64,000 nt of DNA from Eledone cirrhosa (GCA_964016885.1 OZ024740.1:158906001-158970000), one strand, 5' to 3'. Positions 1-13,411 are shown, counted from the first letter of the stretch. Made by a program: numbers and translations. The notes: generated by a model not told the origin, from the letters alone.

Positions 1-720
1 TTCAATCCCTATATAATTATAAGTAATTAAAAGTAATTATATTAATAGTTGGTGTTTATGGGGATATTTCTAGGGTATAAAGTTATAGATAGATAGATAG
101 ATAGAATGATTTGTGTCGAGGAAAGGGTGGATCAGAGAATGTGGTGGAAGGCAAACCCTTGAGGTGCGGTGTTAAAAGTGGTGATGTGTTCAAATCTGAC
201 ATTGTTATATATTAGGTTTAAAGCTTTGGAAGGAGTGTCGGAAGCGGTTCTGGCACGACGCAAACACTTTCAATTTTTTTATTAAGGAGGTTAAGGTTCG
301 AAAAGATTATAGTATGGGTCTCTAGTAGACAGAGGTTACAGAATTTATTAGGCGGTTTGTACGATGGTGCCTTACCTATCACTTCCCATTGAAGTGTATA
401 TGATCTATTCCTAGTTTTCAGATAGTGTATGTAGCTAGATAGCGAAGTGGAGTTGGCTAGACTGTTTTTTGAAAGAATGGAGATGTGAGTTGTATCTCGT
501 TTTGAAACAGTTCGAAGTAGAGCCTATATAGGTTTCAGAAGAGTTGCTAGTTCTGATCGTGCACGAGTAGATGATGTCCTTGATTAAGCAGTTTTTACCT
601 AAAGGGCAGGTTCTATTAGATCTACAGTTACATTTATTTTGGATGTTAACCTGTCGGTTATTATGTTGTAACGCATACACCATCTACTAGATCTGATTAT
701 CGGACTATTCTCTTGCATTA
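1..720 (-). mobile_element. Naiad-type Penelope-like element fragment: GIY-YIG endonuclease C-terminus plus 3' UTR
   Basis: ORF 435-683: CNCRSNRTCPLGKNCLIKDIIYSC...TYIGSTSNCFKTRYNSHLHSFK. The decayed frame continues with W...KFCNLCLLETH. Confidence 0.85.
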
Positions 721-972
721 TCTGTATTATCTGCCGCATGTATTTTAATTTTAATTTTGATTCTAAATTTGAATTGCTATACAAATATAGTATAGTATAA
801 TATATGTCACTCCACTGTACATCAATATATATATATGTATCTGTATGTCTCTTGCGTTGGATAGGAGGTCAATTATATGTACAAGCATTAAAAAGTGGTC
901 CGAATAATCCAAGCCTAGGTTTGGATGAAACAATTGTAAGTGAATAAATGTTTTGAACATAGCTTTGATTCT

Positions 973-1135
<163 letters not shown>

Positions 1136-1363
1136 GCTCTAAGAAAATACTTCTGAGCATTACAGTACAATTAAAAAAATATATGATCAACACTAATGTT
1201 GCCATTTTACGTCTGTAAGTATAGATTTAATATTTAATATTTTCTAGATCGATACAGGTGGACTATATGTACTTGAATTAAGGTATTTCTATCTGGCTAA
1301 AAAATTATTGTCATTTTGCAAAAAAAAACACATTAGTGTTGATCATATATTTTTTTAAATTGT

Positions 1364-1426
<63 letters not shown>

Positions 1427-1748
1427 AAACGAAAAATCAGTGATGCATCTGACTCAATTTATTGTGTGTTACAATTGTTTTGCCGGCGGACAGCTCGAGA
1501 CACGATCATTGTGTGGATCTGTCTGATTCTGGTTCCGCAGGTTCGACGGACACTTCTAATGATTTCGGAGCAAATTCTTTCACTGGGGTCTTAGCGTCAA
1601 AAACTTCATCCTCTTCGTGCGTCCTGTTATTGGCCGCTGGGTGTCTACGTCATCATAATTCTGACCGCAGGTATCGCTCGGCTGACCATCAGCTGTCCCG
1701 TGTCTGCTACACTTCAATGAATTATTGCTGGGCGTAGTAGTTTACACG

Positions 1749-1749
<1 letters not shown>

Positions 1750-1813
<64 letters not shown>

Positions 1814-2262
1814 ATCACATAGATAACGACAGTCGTACGCATAGACTCCCGCTATACACACACATTTAAGGAGAACATATAAACCTATAAACATACGCAT
1901 ACACAGACGCATGACTACATGCCTATATCCATAATAACACACACACACAGAGGCGCACACACATGTATACGCGTATATATACACGTACAGACATATACAT
2001 AGACACCCCCCTTTTTCTTTTTCCCCCATGCACACACACATACACACAAGTATCCATATATACAGGTACAGATACACACTCGCTCGCAAACACACTCGCT
2101 CGCAAACACACACACATATATATACACACAAACAAGCCCTTTCCCTACGGTGGGTGCTTGTATATATACACACACACATACACTGGCTCATATACACTCT
2201 TACAAATATGCGCATATTCACATACACACACACATATATATATATATACATATATATATATA
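1750..2262. repeat. (CA)n and degenerate CA/TA microsatellite region
   Basis: Seen directly. Confidence 0.95.
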
Positions 2263-4717
2263 GCTAGTGCTTCTTTAATTCTAAGATTGCCGAGGTTTTT
2301 TTCCTTAGCTTCTATCCTAACTATAATGCTTGTGTTGGTGTTTTTACATTTCACCAGGTGTTTCATAAATGAGGAAGCATTAGTGTTGAGGTGTTCTTAT
2401 TCTAATGTGAAGTGGTCTGGTGGTGCTACCTATGTAGAAATTGCTGCATTTGTCGTACTCTAATCTGTATACGACGTAAGCCTGGTTGCATAGGTCTGTG
2501 TCGTCGATGAGGCAGTTGGCTAGCCTGCAGCGGCTGTCATGTCTGGTGGAGTGTCTCTTGGCTACCTGCCCGCGTAGGGAAGGTCCTGAGTGGGCTAGCT
2601 GGATATCTAGTCCTTCTCGTCTGATAGCCCCGCGGTTGGCTGTTGTAGTTTCGTCACTGAAGTGTGGAAGCTTCAGGAAGCAGGTGTTAGTGCCTCGGGT
2701 GTGGTGTCCTCTGTTCTTTCTGGCACGGTTCGTGGTGGACGTCGGGTATCTGTTCAGTTTAAGTACTTCCAGGAAATGTGTGATGTGTGTGTCTCGGTGC
2801 ATTTGTTCCGGATACGTGTCAGTTCGTTCCTTATGTATCCGAACTTAGCACCGATTTGGAGGGCTGACCTGAAATAGACGAACAGGTACCTGCTGGCGGC
2901 TTTTTTATAGAAGCAGGTGTGGATGTCGCCTTCCTCTGTTACCCTGAGTTGGAAGTCCAGTAGGGATAGGGATCCGCGGTCATCGGGGTGTTCCATGCTG
3001 AACTTTATACTGGCGTCCATGCTGGAGAATGTCGTGTATATTTTATTCCCTTCTTCACGGGATGATGTAAGGATGAGTATGTCATATACATATCGGAGGC
3101 AGAAGGTATGGGAATGGCAGGTGTTGAGGGCTCGGCATTCCAGCTGGTTCATATAAGTGATGGCCAGCAGGCCCGATAGGCTGGATCCCATGGGTAATCT
3201 TGTTGTCTGTCTGTATGTGTGGTGGTGGAAGGTGAACTATGTGTTGTCCACCGTGTATATCCGTCGGATGGAGGCCGTAGCAGTGGACATCTTCGGCGAC
3301 CACGCAGTCCGTCAATAAATCAACAGCTGGATGAGCGGGGACTGTAGTTTAGAGGGAAACAACGTCGAGGCTAAAGGCGTATCTATTGAGTTTAAGTTGT
3401 TCTGGCTGGAGTTGGTGTAGTCTACGCATAACCTGGTCGGAGCTACTGACATGCCCGGGAAAGGTGGAGAGTAAAGGCTTGAGGACCTGGGAGAGGAGCC
3501 AGGAAATTTTGTATAGGGGCCCTTCTATGATCGAGACGATGGGTCTTATTTGTGTCTTAGTACTATTCTTGTGGGTCTTGATGAGGTGATAGAAAGTGGG
3601 CAGTCTGCTATTTCTAGGGAAAATTTATTTGGGAGTTGTCTTCTACTACAGATGTCGAACCAGATGGAGTTGGCCTGTTTTTCGATCTGGGCTGCAGTTA
3701 TGTCCGGGACCTCTGTATACAGTTTGTTGTCGCTTAAGTGTTCAAAAGCTAGGTTGTTGTATGTGGCTTGAGAGATGACACAAAACTCTTTACCTTTGTT
3801 GGATGGTAAGTATACGAGTTCCCTATTCCGCAGGTTCTTCAGGGCGAGTTGTTGCGCCCTGGAGAGGTTTGAGGCTATCTTCCTCTGTTTCCGTAAGATG
3901 TTAAATACGGAATGTTTTAGCCTCGAGAGTTTTTCTTCTAGCTCGCGCTTGGCAGGCGGTGGACAGAATGGGCGGTCCAGTTGGTATATCGGGAATCTGG
4001 TTGTGTTAGATTCCGTGGTGTTATTGCCGAGGGTCGATATCCATTTTAGTTGGTAGGCGGCCCGACAGAAATTCGTTTCTATGTCGAGCCACAACATGTC
4101 CAGTCTCTGTTTTAATATGAACTTGGGACCCTGGCTGAGGAGGTCTAGTTCATCTCAGGGGAGGGATCCTATCAAGTCTGTGACGAGGTGTTTTGTGTCA
4201 GGTGCGTTGTTGGTCGGGGTGCCGCTAGGTTCGATGTTGGTACCGTCTTGTTTGCCTCTGTTGGTGCTTAGAGTTGGGTTGTTGTCAGGACGGTCAGCCG
4301 TGCTTAGTTTGAGAAATGTTTGCTTTAAGCGTATTTTCTCGTAATCTCAACGATAGTGGTAGGACCTGTCTATAGCGGCGGAAATTACTACGAGCAGAGG
4401 TTCTGGGGTTTCAGCGAGTTGCAGTACTAGGCTGGAAATTGTCCGTAGGTGTTGTAGGAGTTTTCTTAGTCAGAATTTGTGTATGTAGCTAAGTGATCGT
4501 TTGAGGCTTGGTGATTTGAAGCATGTTGGTAGGTGGAGGTTTTTGATTGTTTTTGGAATGATGTTGTTATTCAGGCACCGTTTGAGGAAGTTTATTTGGC
4601 AGCCTGCTTTGGCGCACCTTTCAGACAGCTGGAAGAGTTTCTTTACGGTTGTAACATGGGCCTGGCTCAGGCGTAAGGAAAGAAGGAATTGGTAGTTTAC
4701 TTGAAGCATTGTGTAGC

Positions 4718-4719
<2 letters not shown>
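2263..4719 (-). mobile_element. Penelope/Poseidon-like PLE, frameshifted RT plus GIY-YIG, bounded by (TA)n on both sides
   Basis: Fragments LKRCLNNNIIPK, PSNKGKEFCV, MGSSLSGLLAITYM, RYVYDIL (YVDD), LSLLDFQL, YKKA, LNRYP, VVYRLEYDKCSNFYIGSTTRPLHIRI. Confidence 0.9.
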
Positions 4720-4790
<71 letters not shown>

Positions 4791-4792
<2 letters not shown>

Positions 4793-6625
4793 CAAAGGAA
4801 ATGGGGTAAGGAACCAGATGGACCATAACGCACCAGAGTACTCAATACTTAGGGTAGTACAGTGGGAAATAGGAAAAAGTATGACCCCGACGGCAGAGCT
4901 CAAGCCGTTTCGACGGCTATTTCTGGACTAAATTAGAATGTTTAGCCTGGTGAATAAATAGCCGAACTTGTCAAGGGGGTACTTCCTTATATGGGAAGAT
5001 TGTAGTTGTCAAGAAGATTGCTTAAAATTTGTTGTAAACACAAATAAGTCTATCATGGCATTTTGTGGCTGAACTTGCCTGTAGAACAATAGGGAGTGAG
5101 AGGAGCGGTCAAGCATTGAAAGTGATATGTATACAGCAGATTCTGAGGATAGAGTATGAAGTGGAGGAGGGAGGTTATAGAATAGGTAAATCGAATGAGA
5201 GTAGGTGACAATAAAAGATAATAGAAATAAATAAAAAAAATATAAAATTAAATAGTGAGAATTGAATAAAAAAAAAATCACAATGCTATCTTACAATTAC
5301 AGGTTAATAAGTTGAGAATAGTAAAAACTTGTAGAAATTGAATAGTACCAAAACTGATACAAAAATAAAAGGGGTTTAACACGTCTGCTATAAGTAGTTA
5401 GTAAAACGTATTCGGCCAATTCTATCTTAAAATTACAGGGGTGGGGGAACTGATGCTACAGAGGCCCGATGGGCTGCATCGGGGTAGGCGAAAGGGGAAA
5501 AGCAGACGAGGAAGAAAATAGGGGGTGGAAGGAAATGATAGGATGAGACAGGGGAAAGAAGAAGACAATGAGGAAAAGAAAAGAAAAGAGATACATCTAC
5601 CTATGTAAGCTGGGGTTTCCCCTAACTTATTCGGCAAGTGGGGAGGAGGGTATCAGCCCTTGTCTCCCCACCCGGGTCGTTATGGGGTTTGAGGGCGAGA
5701 TAAGTCCTACGCAATCTGTGTTTGCATGCGGTTACCAGTTCGTCTTTCTTGTTTAGGAGTTGGTCCTTCGAAAACAGCATTTGTAATGTTTCCTCCGAGC
5801 GTAAGTTACACGGACGGCGTCCTCCCGTGTAAGAGTTAGCTCTGGCCAGTAAGCTCCAAGTGAGATTGTAGGTTATATTATTATCTTGGAGGTCCCAGAT
5901 GTGGCCCGAAAGTGTAGTGGCATGTCGCCGGACCGGGTTTCGGAAAATATGTCGGTGTTGGTAGAGCCGGGTTTGGTAGAGCCGGGTCTTGAAGTCACAC
6001 GCGGTTAATCCTATATAAGCTTTGTTGGAGGTGTCCGTCCTCACGTTGCACTGGTAGATCACGTTACGTTCTCGGCATTTGATGTTGAGGGGGCACGTAG
6101 ATCTATCAGGACAGTTACACCTCCTGGTCGGCTCTCCACTGATGTCTAGGTTATTTCTTCCATAGGGGTTGAGTTTTTTGTTGTTTGAGGAGACGATGTT
6201 TTGTGTGAAGTAGGTGTGGTGCTGTAGGAGAGTTTGATGGTGTTTTTGTTGATTATGTTGTGGTAGCGGTGTTGTAGTGGGAAGTGTTTTTCGAGGAGTC
6301 TAAAGAAGATTTTCCCGATAGGTGTTGCCACCTCGGCATTATGTGGAGGATTGAACCACGTTACGTTGCGTGAGCGGCGGTGTCGCCTGCTGGTTCCGAT
6401 AAAGGAAGCTGGATAAAAGGATATTTCCTCCCTGAAGCCAGTCCGCTTGAGGGCCTGTTGTAATAAGGCGCATGTTCGTCGAATATCTGCTCATTAGCGG
6501 ACAAACGAGATATGCGGAGGGAGATGATTTTAACCAGGTTATTGGTGATGTTTCTAGGATGGTTAGAGCGGCGGTGGATGTAGTGCAGGTTGTCGTTTGG
6601 TTTTCTGTATGGGTAGTACAATTGT
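4791..6625 (-). mobile_element. 5'-truncated Naiad-type PLE (RT thumb, GIY-YIG, about 0.9 kb pLTR/3' UTR), same family as 50233-55368
   Basis: YRKPNDNLHYIHRRSNHP, TWFNPP, KHFPLQHRY..NKNTIKLSYS, AYIGLTACDFKTR. Near-identical to 53150-54225. Ends at (TA)n 4720-4790. Confidence 0.92.
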
Positions 6626-6830
6626 TTCACCTTAGCGGATCCTCAGCTCGTAATGGACATGGTTATACCGAACAAGAAGGACAACCGTACGAACGTGCAT
6701 GCGCAGAAACCCGTCACTTCACACAGGCAATACTAAAATGCGTGCGAGAGGTGTAAGGGAGATAACTGCGAAAGTCCGAAAAGTTTTTAGTTGATAAGAA
6801 AAAAATATTGATGTTGTTACAATAATTCAT

Positions 6831-7340
6831 TCAATCCGGAGCTTTGTAGTTATGCAATAGGTGTTTTGAGACGTGTGGACAACGTGTGAAAAATTCATTT
6901 CTCGTGTTTAGGCAATCACTATTGCATAATCGCTTTAGAATATTTATTCGTTCGTCAATACACAGTCCACACGACGGATTTCCCCTTGCGTATGGCTTGG
7001 ACTTTGTGATGGCTTTCCATTGAATGGAGTAGTCTATACTTGAGTCCTTGAGGGACCATACGTGGCTCGCGAGTTTCGTGGATGAACGTCTGTCCAGGTA
7101 CCTAAAGGTCGACTGATGGTTCAGGAAACGTTCCTTAAATCGGCTCTCCGCCATGCACACATAGGATTTGACCTCCTGTGGTTGGTTTGGTCGGTTGAAA
7201 GTGACCACAGCTTCATAAATTACAGCTGGTGTGTTGCATTGCTGTTGAAGAGAGCAAGCTTCGGGCTTACGGCAAGAGCACCCTGGTGGGGTGTTGCTCC
7301 TAGGGCTGCTGGTGATGTGGGCCTTCATGTTCTTAGCGCT
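6831..7340 (-). mobile_element. Naiad-type GIY-YIG endonuclease fragment (different subfamily)
   Basis: CSCRKPEACSLQQQC...VIYEA...SRFKERFLNHQSTF...LASHVWSLK...CGLCIDER...LNTRNEFFTRCPH. Confidence 0.85.
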
Positions 7341-7356
7341 ATATATATTTCTATAT

Positions 7357-7439
7357 AGGCTGTCCCAAAAAATGTATACACAGGCAACAGTTATTAGAAT
7401 GCTTTTGAAGTATGTATACATATTTTGGGGACACTCTGT
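7357..7439. mobile_element. Small Tc1/mariner-type MITE
   Basis: TIRs aggctgtcccaaaa / ttttgggacactctg. Related copy at about 9733-9810. Confidence 0.65.
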
Positions 7440-7456
7440 GTATATCTATATATATA

Positions 7457-7605
7457 TAATTGTTTCTACTTTTAACAAAAGACCAGAAATTACCCCAGTG
7501 CATTACCGTTGCTTTATTTTATCGAGACCGTAAGCATGAACGGCAAAGTTACCCTCGGTCGGATTTGAACTCAGAACGTAAAGGGCCATAGGCTATAACT
7601 CTATA
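7457..7605 (-). mobile_element. tRNA-derived Meta-type SINE (decayed)
   Basis: Reverse complement of SINE consensus (gagttcaaatcc...tcgataaaataaag...agtagaaacaattat). Confidence 0.85.
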
Positions 7606-7621
7606 CCTTTTATATTATAAG

Positions 7622-7812
7622 GGTGGTGGATTGGTAGTATCGGTAGAGAGTCAGACACCATGCTTTGCAGGACAGTTACGGCTCTTTACGGTCTGAGTTC
7701 AAATACCACCGAGGTTGACTTTGCCTTTCATCCTTACGCGGTCGATAACATAAAGTACCAGTAACGCACTGAGGTAATTGCTGGCCTTGTTCCAAAAGTA
7801 GAAACAATTATA
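7622..7812 (+). mobile_element. tRNA-derived Meta-type SINE
   Basis: A box tggtagtatcgg, B box gagttcaaat, central ttgcctttcatccttacgcggtcgataa..agtacc domain, ATT tail. Confidence 0.9.
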
Positions 7813-7986
7813 TTTGTGCCGGTGTCTATAATTATATTCGTGTTTGTGTTTATGTCCCTAACGTCGCGGTTCGTTAAAATAAGTACCAGATTATAAAAAA
7901 ACCCTAAGTATTGTCTTTAACATGCTCGACTAAAAGGGCTTCAGGATCATGCCTCAGCACTACCGTGGCTGCTATCTAATGACTGA

Positions 7987-9698
7987 CCGCTATCTGTACG
8001 TATTGACTCTCGACCCACTACTGCGGAAGTTGGAGCTATTGCAGGGTATCCCTTTGGAACCGGGACTGCGAAAAGCGGCGTCGGCCTACGCCGACGACTT
8101 GACAGTAATGGTGTCGAGCAGCTCGCAAATCGGGGAGGTCGGCACCTTACTGCAGGAATACGAAAGGTTCACAGGAGCGAAACTGAACCGGGACAAATCC
8201 GTTGGTTTGCAACTCGGAACGTGGAGAGGCAAACCGATGCCTTCCGATGGCGTCGTCGGACGCTGTACGGAAGGACCGGTAAAGCTGCTCGGGGTCTGAT
8301 TTGGTTCGGACCTCCAGGTGAAGAACTGGAACGAGGTGACGGCCAAGGTGTTTGCACTCACCCAGAAGTGGGCCGAGTGCAAACTATCCTTGAAAGGTCG
8401 AGCGGAGGTGGCCAACACTTTTATAGCGTCCGTAATCTACTACCGCTTGACCGTCGTGCCTTGTCCAGCCAAAACGCTCACCAAAATGGAGCGCGCGCTC
8501 TTCCAATTCCTTTGGAAGAAACGGGCTCCTTTGGTGAGAAGATCCATCTGCTGCCAGCACCCTTCAAACGGAGGGCTGGGGTTGCCGTGGCTGACGATGC
8601 GCAAACATGCGCTCAGGCTGCGGCACCTCCACCTATTCCTCACCGGACAACCGGTGTGGGCCCAGTTCGTGAGGCGAGCCTTCCCACGACTCGTCTCGCT
8701 AACCGAGCTGCAGTCCTGGGTCAAGCAAAGACCGAGAAAATGGGAGACTGGCACATCGAATGTGCTCAGGCGCTCACAGTCCTCTGGCAAATGGACCCGG
8801 CGATCAGTGGAGACTTCACTTCGACATTCTATAGAGGGTTGGTCCGCAGCAAGTGCGACGACGCGCTCGGAGAAACTCTATGCGCAGAGGAGGACGAAAT
8901 GGCCAGTCTGTTCGGTAGGACCTTCCACCCGGGAGCAATGGACAACTTCCAAAAGTCCCTGGCCTGGCAGTGCTACCGAGGAGCTCTACCAGTTTGAGAC
9001 AAGCTCTACAGACACGGGCGCCCGGGTAGGAACCCTTCGAAAAAGATCTGTCCGAGATGCGTGTGCGACGAGGAAACCGTCGCGCACGCATTTGTACACT
9101 GCCCGGGCGTTACCGACCTGTGGGGCTATGTAGAACGACTATTGTCGCGGGTGGGACCAATCCAGTTGACCACCGAGTCCATTGTCATGATGAAACCGCC
9201 ACTCTCTTTCAAAAACGAGGGAGAGGCGGTTTTCCTATGTGTTATGGCTATGGTGAAAGAGGTTATATGGTGGACGAGGTTAAAAGGGCTGAGGTCAGAC
9301 ACCTTTCTCTCCGACGAGCAACTGATTCGTTTTTTCAAATATCATTTTGGAAGAAGAATCAGGATGGAGAGAGAGGTGCTGTACCCCAGCAAATTTTATA
9401 AAAGGTGGGTGAATGTGGCAAATATGACCCGAGTGGTTGGGCCTTCTCTCTATATAAGCCTGTAGGTTGAGGAAAGAGAGGAAGAGAGGAAGGGAGTACT
9501 TACTCTTGTTGTTCCTGGAGATGAGGGTTGTACATTTTTTCGGGGTGTGTACAACCCCTGTGTAACGCCTCCTCCCTATTGGGGATTTCAATTGTTATTT
9601 GTTATTTTATTAATATTTTTATTTTCATATACCTGTATGTAAACTCCCCATTTGTATTTGTCCCATTCTTTTGTGCCCTTGTGGCTAATAAAGAAATT
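7987..9698 (+). mobile_element. 5'-truncated Tx1-clade LINE (RT C-terminus, Zn finger, 3' UTR) with 14-bp TSD
   Basis: SAYADDLTV, LSLKGRAEVANTFIAS, GGLGLP, CPRC..DEETVAHAFVHC. AATAAA near the 3' end. TSD tatctaatgactga at 7973-7986 and 9699-9712. Confidence 0.93.
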
Positions 9699-9732
9699 TA
9701 TCTAATGACTGAAATCAGTAAAAGAGTGAAAT

Positions 9733-9810
9733 ACAGGATGTCACTCAAAAATGAACACATATTTATTAGAATGCTGTTGAAGTGTGTATACATTTTTTGG
9801 GACACCCTGT
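9733..9810. mobile_element. Tc1/mariner-type MITE; its right end plus flank is duplicated at about 10032-10097
   Basis: tacaggatgtc...ttttgggacaccctgt. Internal sequence matches 7357-7439. Confidence 0.6.
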
Positions 9811-10335
9811 TGATAATTATATAAATTTATAAGTAAAACTTCAACTTGATATTGTAATACCTGATAAAGTAATCCATGATACATTTAAAAAAAAAAGATA
9901 CTATAAACTGCATTACGGAAAAACTTTATGGAAACGAAAAAGGAGAAAATTAGCGACGGAAATTTAAACGTTATATAACGATACTAATATATGAACGTTT
10001 ATATAAGCGATACGATATAGAGTTCATTATATTTTGGGACACCCTGTTGATAAATATATAAATTTATAAGTAAAACACCAACTTGATATTGTAATACGTG
10101 AAGTATTCCATTAACGATTTATTCAATCAACGAATTTTTGCATAAAAGATCCATTTTTGGATAAAGTAGATTTTTGAATTTATTTTCCTATATCTTGAAC
10201 TTTTTTTAAAACTTTTCTCATGAGGATTATTCAATGATTCTAATAATGGCGATGATGTGGACGATAGCAATAATGATGACGAAAGTAATGATGTTGTTGA
10301 TAATAGTGTTGATCAAAATTATTATTATTATTATT

Positions 10336-10540
10336 GCGGTGGATTGGCAGTATCGGTAGAGAGTCAGACACCATGCTTTGCAGCATAGAGTTACGGTCCC
10401 TTATGGTCTGAGTTCAAATTCCGCCGAGGTTAACTTTGCCTTTCATCTTTACGGGGTCGATAAAATAAAGTACCAGTAATGCACTGGCATAATTGCTGGC
10501 TTTGTGCCAAAAGTAGAAACAATTATTATTATTATTATTA
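10336..10540 (+). mobile_element. tRNA-derived Meta-type SINE with (ATT)n tail
   Basis: A box tggcagtatcgg, B box gagttcaaattc, Meta-like domain. Confidence 0.92.
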
Positions 10541-11065
10541 CAGTTGCATTTATCTTGCTTTATGTTCATACGAGTTATCACCAAGTCACAACCAGTGACC
10601 TCAAGAGACAACAAGGTCCGCCATGTTCAAGAAAGAACATACATACTCACACATGCATCTTTAGTGTTTAGACTTGTGATGTACTTATATTGACAGAATC
10701 TTCCTTAGTATATGGGCAGTTCCCATTAGTACTATCTTTTGTATTTCTCCTATACGCGGGTTTCCTGGGATTTGCGATAAGTAATCATTAGACCCCTTAG
10801 GTATCATTCCCAGAGCGCCTACAACCACTGGTATTGTTTTAGTTCTCAATTTCCACATTTTTCCAATTTCTATCTCCAGGTCCTTATACTTGCTCAATTT
10901 TTCAAATGTTTTTATAGATACATTCTTGTCTATTGGAACGGACATATCAATTAGCAGGCATACCCTCTTTTTAAAGTCCTTCAATATTATATCAGGTCTA
11001 TTTGCATCTATTTTTCGGTCTGTTTGGATCCTAAAGTTCCACAAGATTGAGATGTGATCTTTTTC

Positions 11066-11068
<3 letters not shown>
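10541..11068 (-). mobile_element. Dong/R4-clade LINE 3' fragment (restriction-like endonuclease plus 3' UTR) inside (TAA)n
   Basis: WNFRIQTDRKIDANRPDIIL...LIDMSVP...EKLSKYKDLEIEI...PVVVGALG...QKIVLMGTAHILRK. (ATT)n on both sides. Confidence 0.9.
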
Positions 11069-11117
<49 letters not shown>

Positions 11118-11480
11118 GGCGACCTACGTAGGAAATCATATTATCGTGAGCTCCGCAAAGGTTTGTTGTTTTCAGTTGTTTCAAATTGCCAGTTATGGAA
11201 ATTTTTTGTTGTTAAGTGTTTATAAGTTCACATATATTGCTTTCTGAAAAGGACACAAAAAGTATTGGGGCCTTGAGCCCAAAACTTAAACTTTTTATTT
11301 ATCAAACAAAATATTTCTTTGAAAAAAAAACATGAACGACAAATTTACTGTTTTTAACAGACCCAAACCCACTCCCCCACCACCACCAACTGCAACACCA
11401 TTGTAAGCCTTGCCACGGTTGCCAACACAGAAAATATAATTAATAGCTGTCTCAATTATTTAGAATTGCCGCACAAAGAC

Positions 11481-11736
11481 ATGGATTTCCCGCCATTACC
11501 AATAATTGCAGGTGTTAAAGCCGCCACCCCCACCACCACAATGTCAAAAAGAACAACGAACACTACTGATACCACCACCACCACCACCACCACAGCGACA
11601 AAAGAAACACAAAAAAAAATTATTATCTCGTGACATCGAAATGGATTCACCCAGAAACGACTCTTCCACGCCGAACACCACTGACACCACCACCACCTCC
11701 ACCACAACTGAAACTAAAAATAACAATAACAACAGC

Positions 11737-11770
<34 letters not shown>

Positions 11771-13376
11771 GCAGCAACAATGAGAATAACATTATCAACA
11801 CCACCGCAAAACAAAATGTGTCTTTTGCCAAAGCAGCCAAGAAAAGCGAAACAATCGAGATAAGCCAGGATGAATTAAATGAAGCCAAGAGAATGGTAAA
11901 AAAAGATGGGTACAGGGTCAGCCCACCCCCCACACACACCTAATAAAATGGAGCATCGGTGCCAATGCATCGTGTCATATCGGAGGATAAACACAAAATC
12001 ACGCCGAGTGGAACGGGCATCCGAGTCCCAAATAAAAAAAGCTTGAGACATGTGTGGGCGAAAAAAAACCCACATCAAACGTGGGCAGAAATGTCAAACT
12101 GTGGACGTGTTCTTTGGAACACCACAGGAAGCCAGAGAGCACTCCTTGGCCCCATTAGGAAGCGACGACTTCACACTCGTCCCAAGCTATTGGGGTCAGA
12201 GACTCGTGAAGATCAGGGTAACCCACGTTCCAGCGGCCATCGAAATTCCCTGGCTAATGGCTGCCGTCCTAGCCGGCATCGAGGCCAACACGAAAATAAT
12301 TGAAGTAACAAAAGAAAAGCAGGAGAACTGGTCCGGATCTGGGATGGAGCTCCTGATCCAAGCGGACCCCAAAAACATTGAGGAAATTCCAAAGGTGATA
12401 GACCTCACTGACGGCAGCCACCTCACTGTAATCGTTGAGGGTAGAAGGCCTAGGTGTGTCGTTTGTGGTGAAGGAACCCACCTAAAGGCTTTCTGACCTC
12501 AGGCTAAAAAGTTGAGGCCACCTCTCTTACCCACCCCAGTGACTCAACCATCAACACCACCAGCAGCAGAAATGGCAACAACAACTGTAGCAGCGACAAC
12601 AGAAGCAACTGTAGCAGCAACAACCCCAGCAACAGTAACAAAACCGACACCACCACCACCCACCGTGCTAGAATTAGCACCAGCGTCTCCCCCATCCACC
12701 ACGCCACAACCAAAACCATCGCCCGTGGAGGATTTTCCACTCCCCGACCTATCGCAACTGGAGACAGATTGTGACGACGAGGAGTGGGAAACAGTATCAG
12801 AAAAAAAGAAAAAAAGAAAAAGAACCCCAAAAAGAAAAAAAATCCTCTTCCTTCCCCCTCCAAAAACAAAATGCAGGGGGAAACAAATAAACAAACAAAC
12901 AAAAAAGTTAAGACAGCTATGCCACCATCCACACCAGCATCACCAACTCCATCACCACAAACACCAACACCATCACCATCATTAACCCCAACACCACAAA
13001 AGTCACCAAAAAGCGAAACAGAAACAAACCCACAACAAACGCAAACAAAACAAAACAACCAAAACGATACACACTATACATTAAATTTACAGCATTAAAT
13101 TTGAACAACAACGAATTACTACACTACATCCAATACAACACCAGCATCACAGAAAAAGACTACACAATACCCCAAAAACTCATACCACCTCCACACATAC
13201 AAATCACTCGCATCACACAGAAAAAGTACACGACACTAAAACAAAAATTCCCCAAAGACATCGGAGACTTCCGACAAACACTCTCCAGGAGGATTTATAA
13301 GGGCATCCTTCCGGAGGAGGCCACAAGCAGTGAGAAGGATGGAAAAATCATCCTCCCCCTACGAAAAGTGAGGTAA
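11481..13376 (+). pseudogene. Tx1 ORF1 (gag-like, Zn knuckle), frameshifted
   Basis: SFAKAAKK; TVIVEGRRPRCVVCGEGTHLKAF*; Pro/Thr-rich region; EWETVSEKKKK. Confidence 0.8.
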
Positions 13377-13411
13377 GTGGTCTTTCCCATCTTTTTCCAC
13401 TCCATTTCAAC

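Noticed and set aside
12460-12500. TGA exactly at the final Cys of the Tx1 ORF1 CCHC knuckle (possible selenocysteine)
   Set aside because: A single TGC/TGT to TGA change in an ORF with several other lesions is the simpler explanation, and no SECIS was identified.
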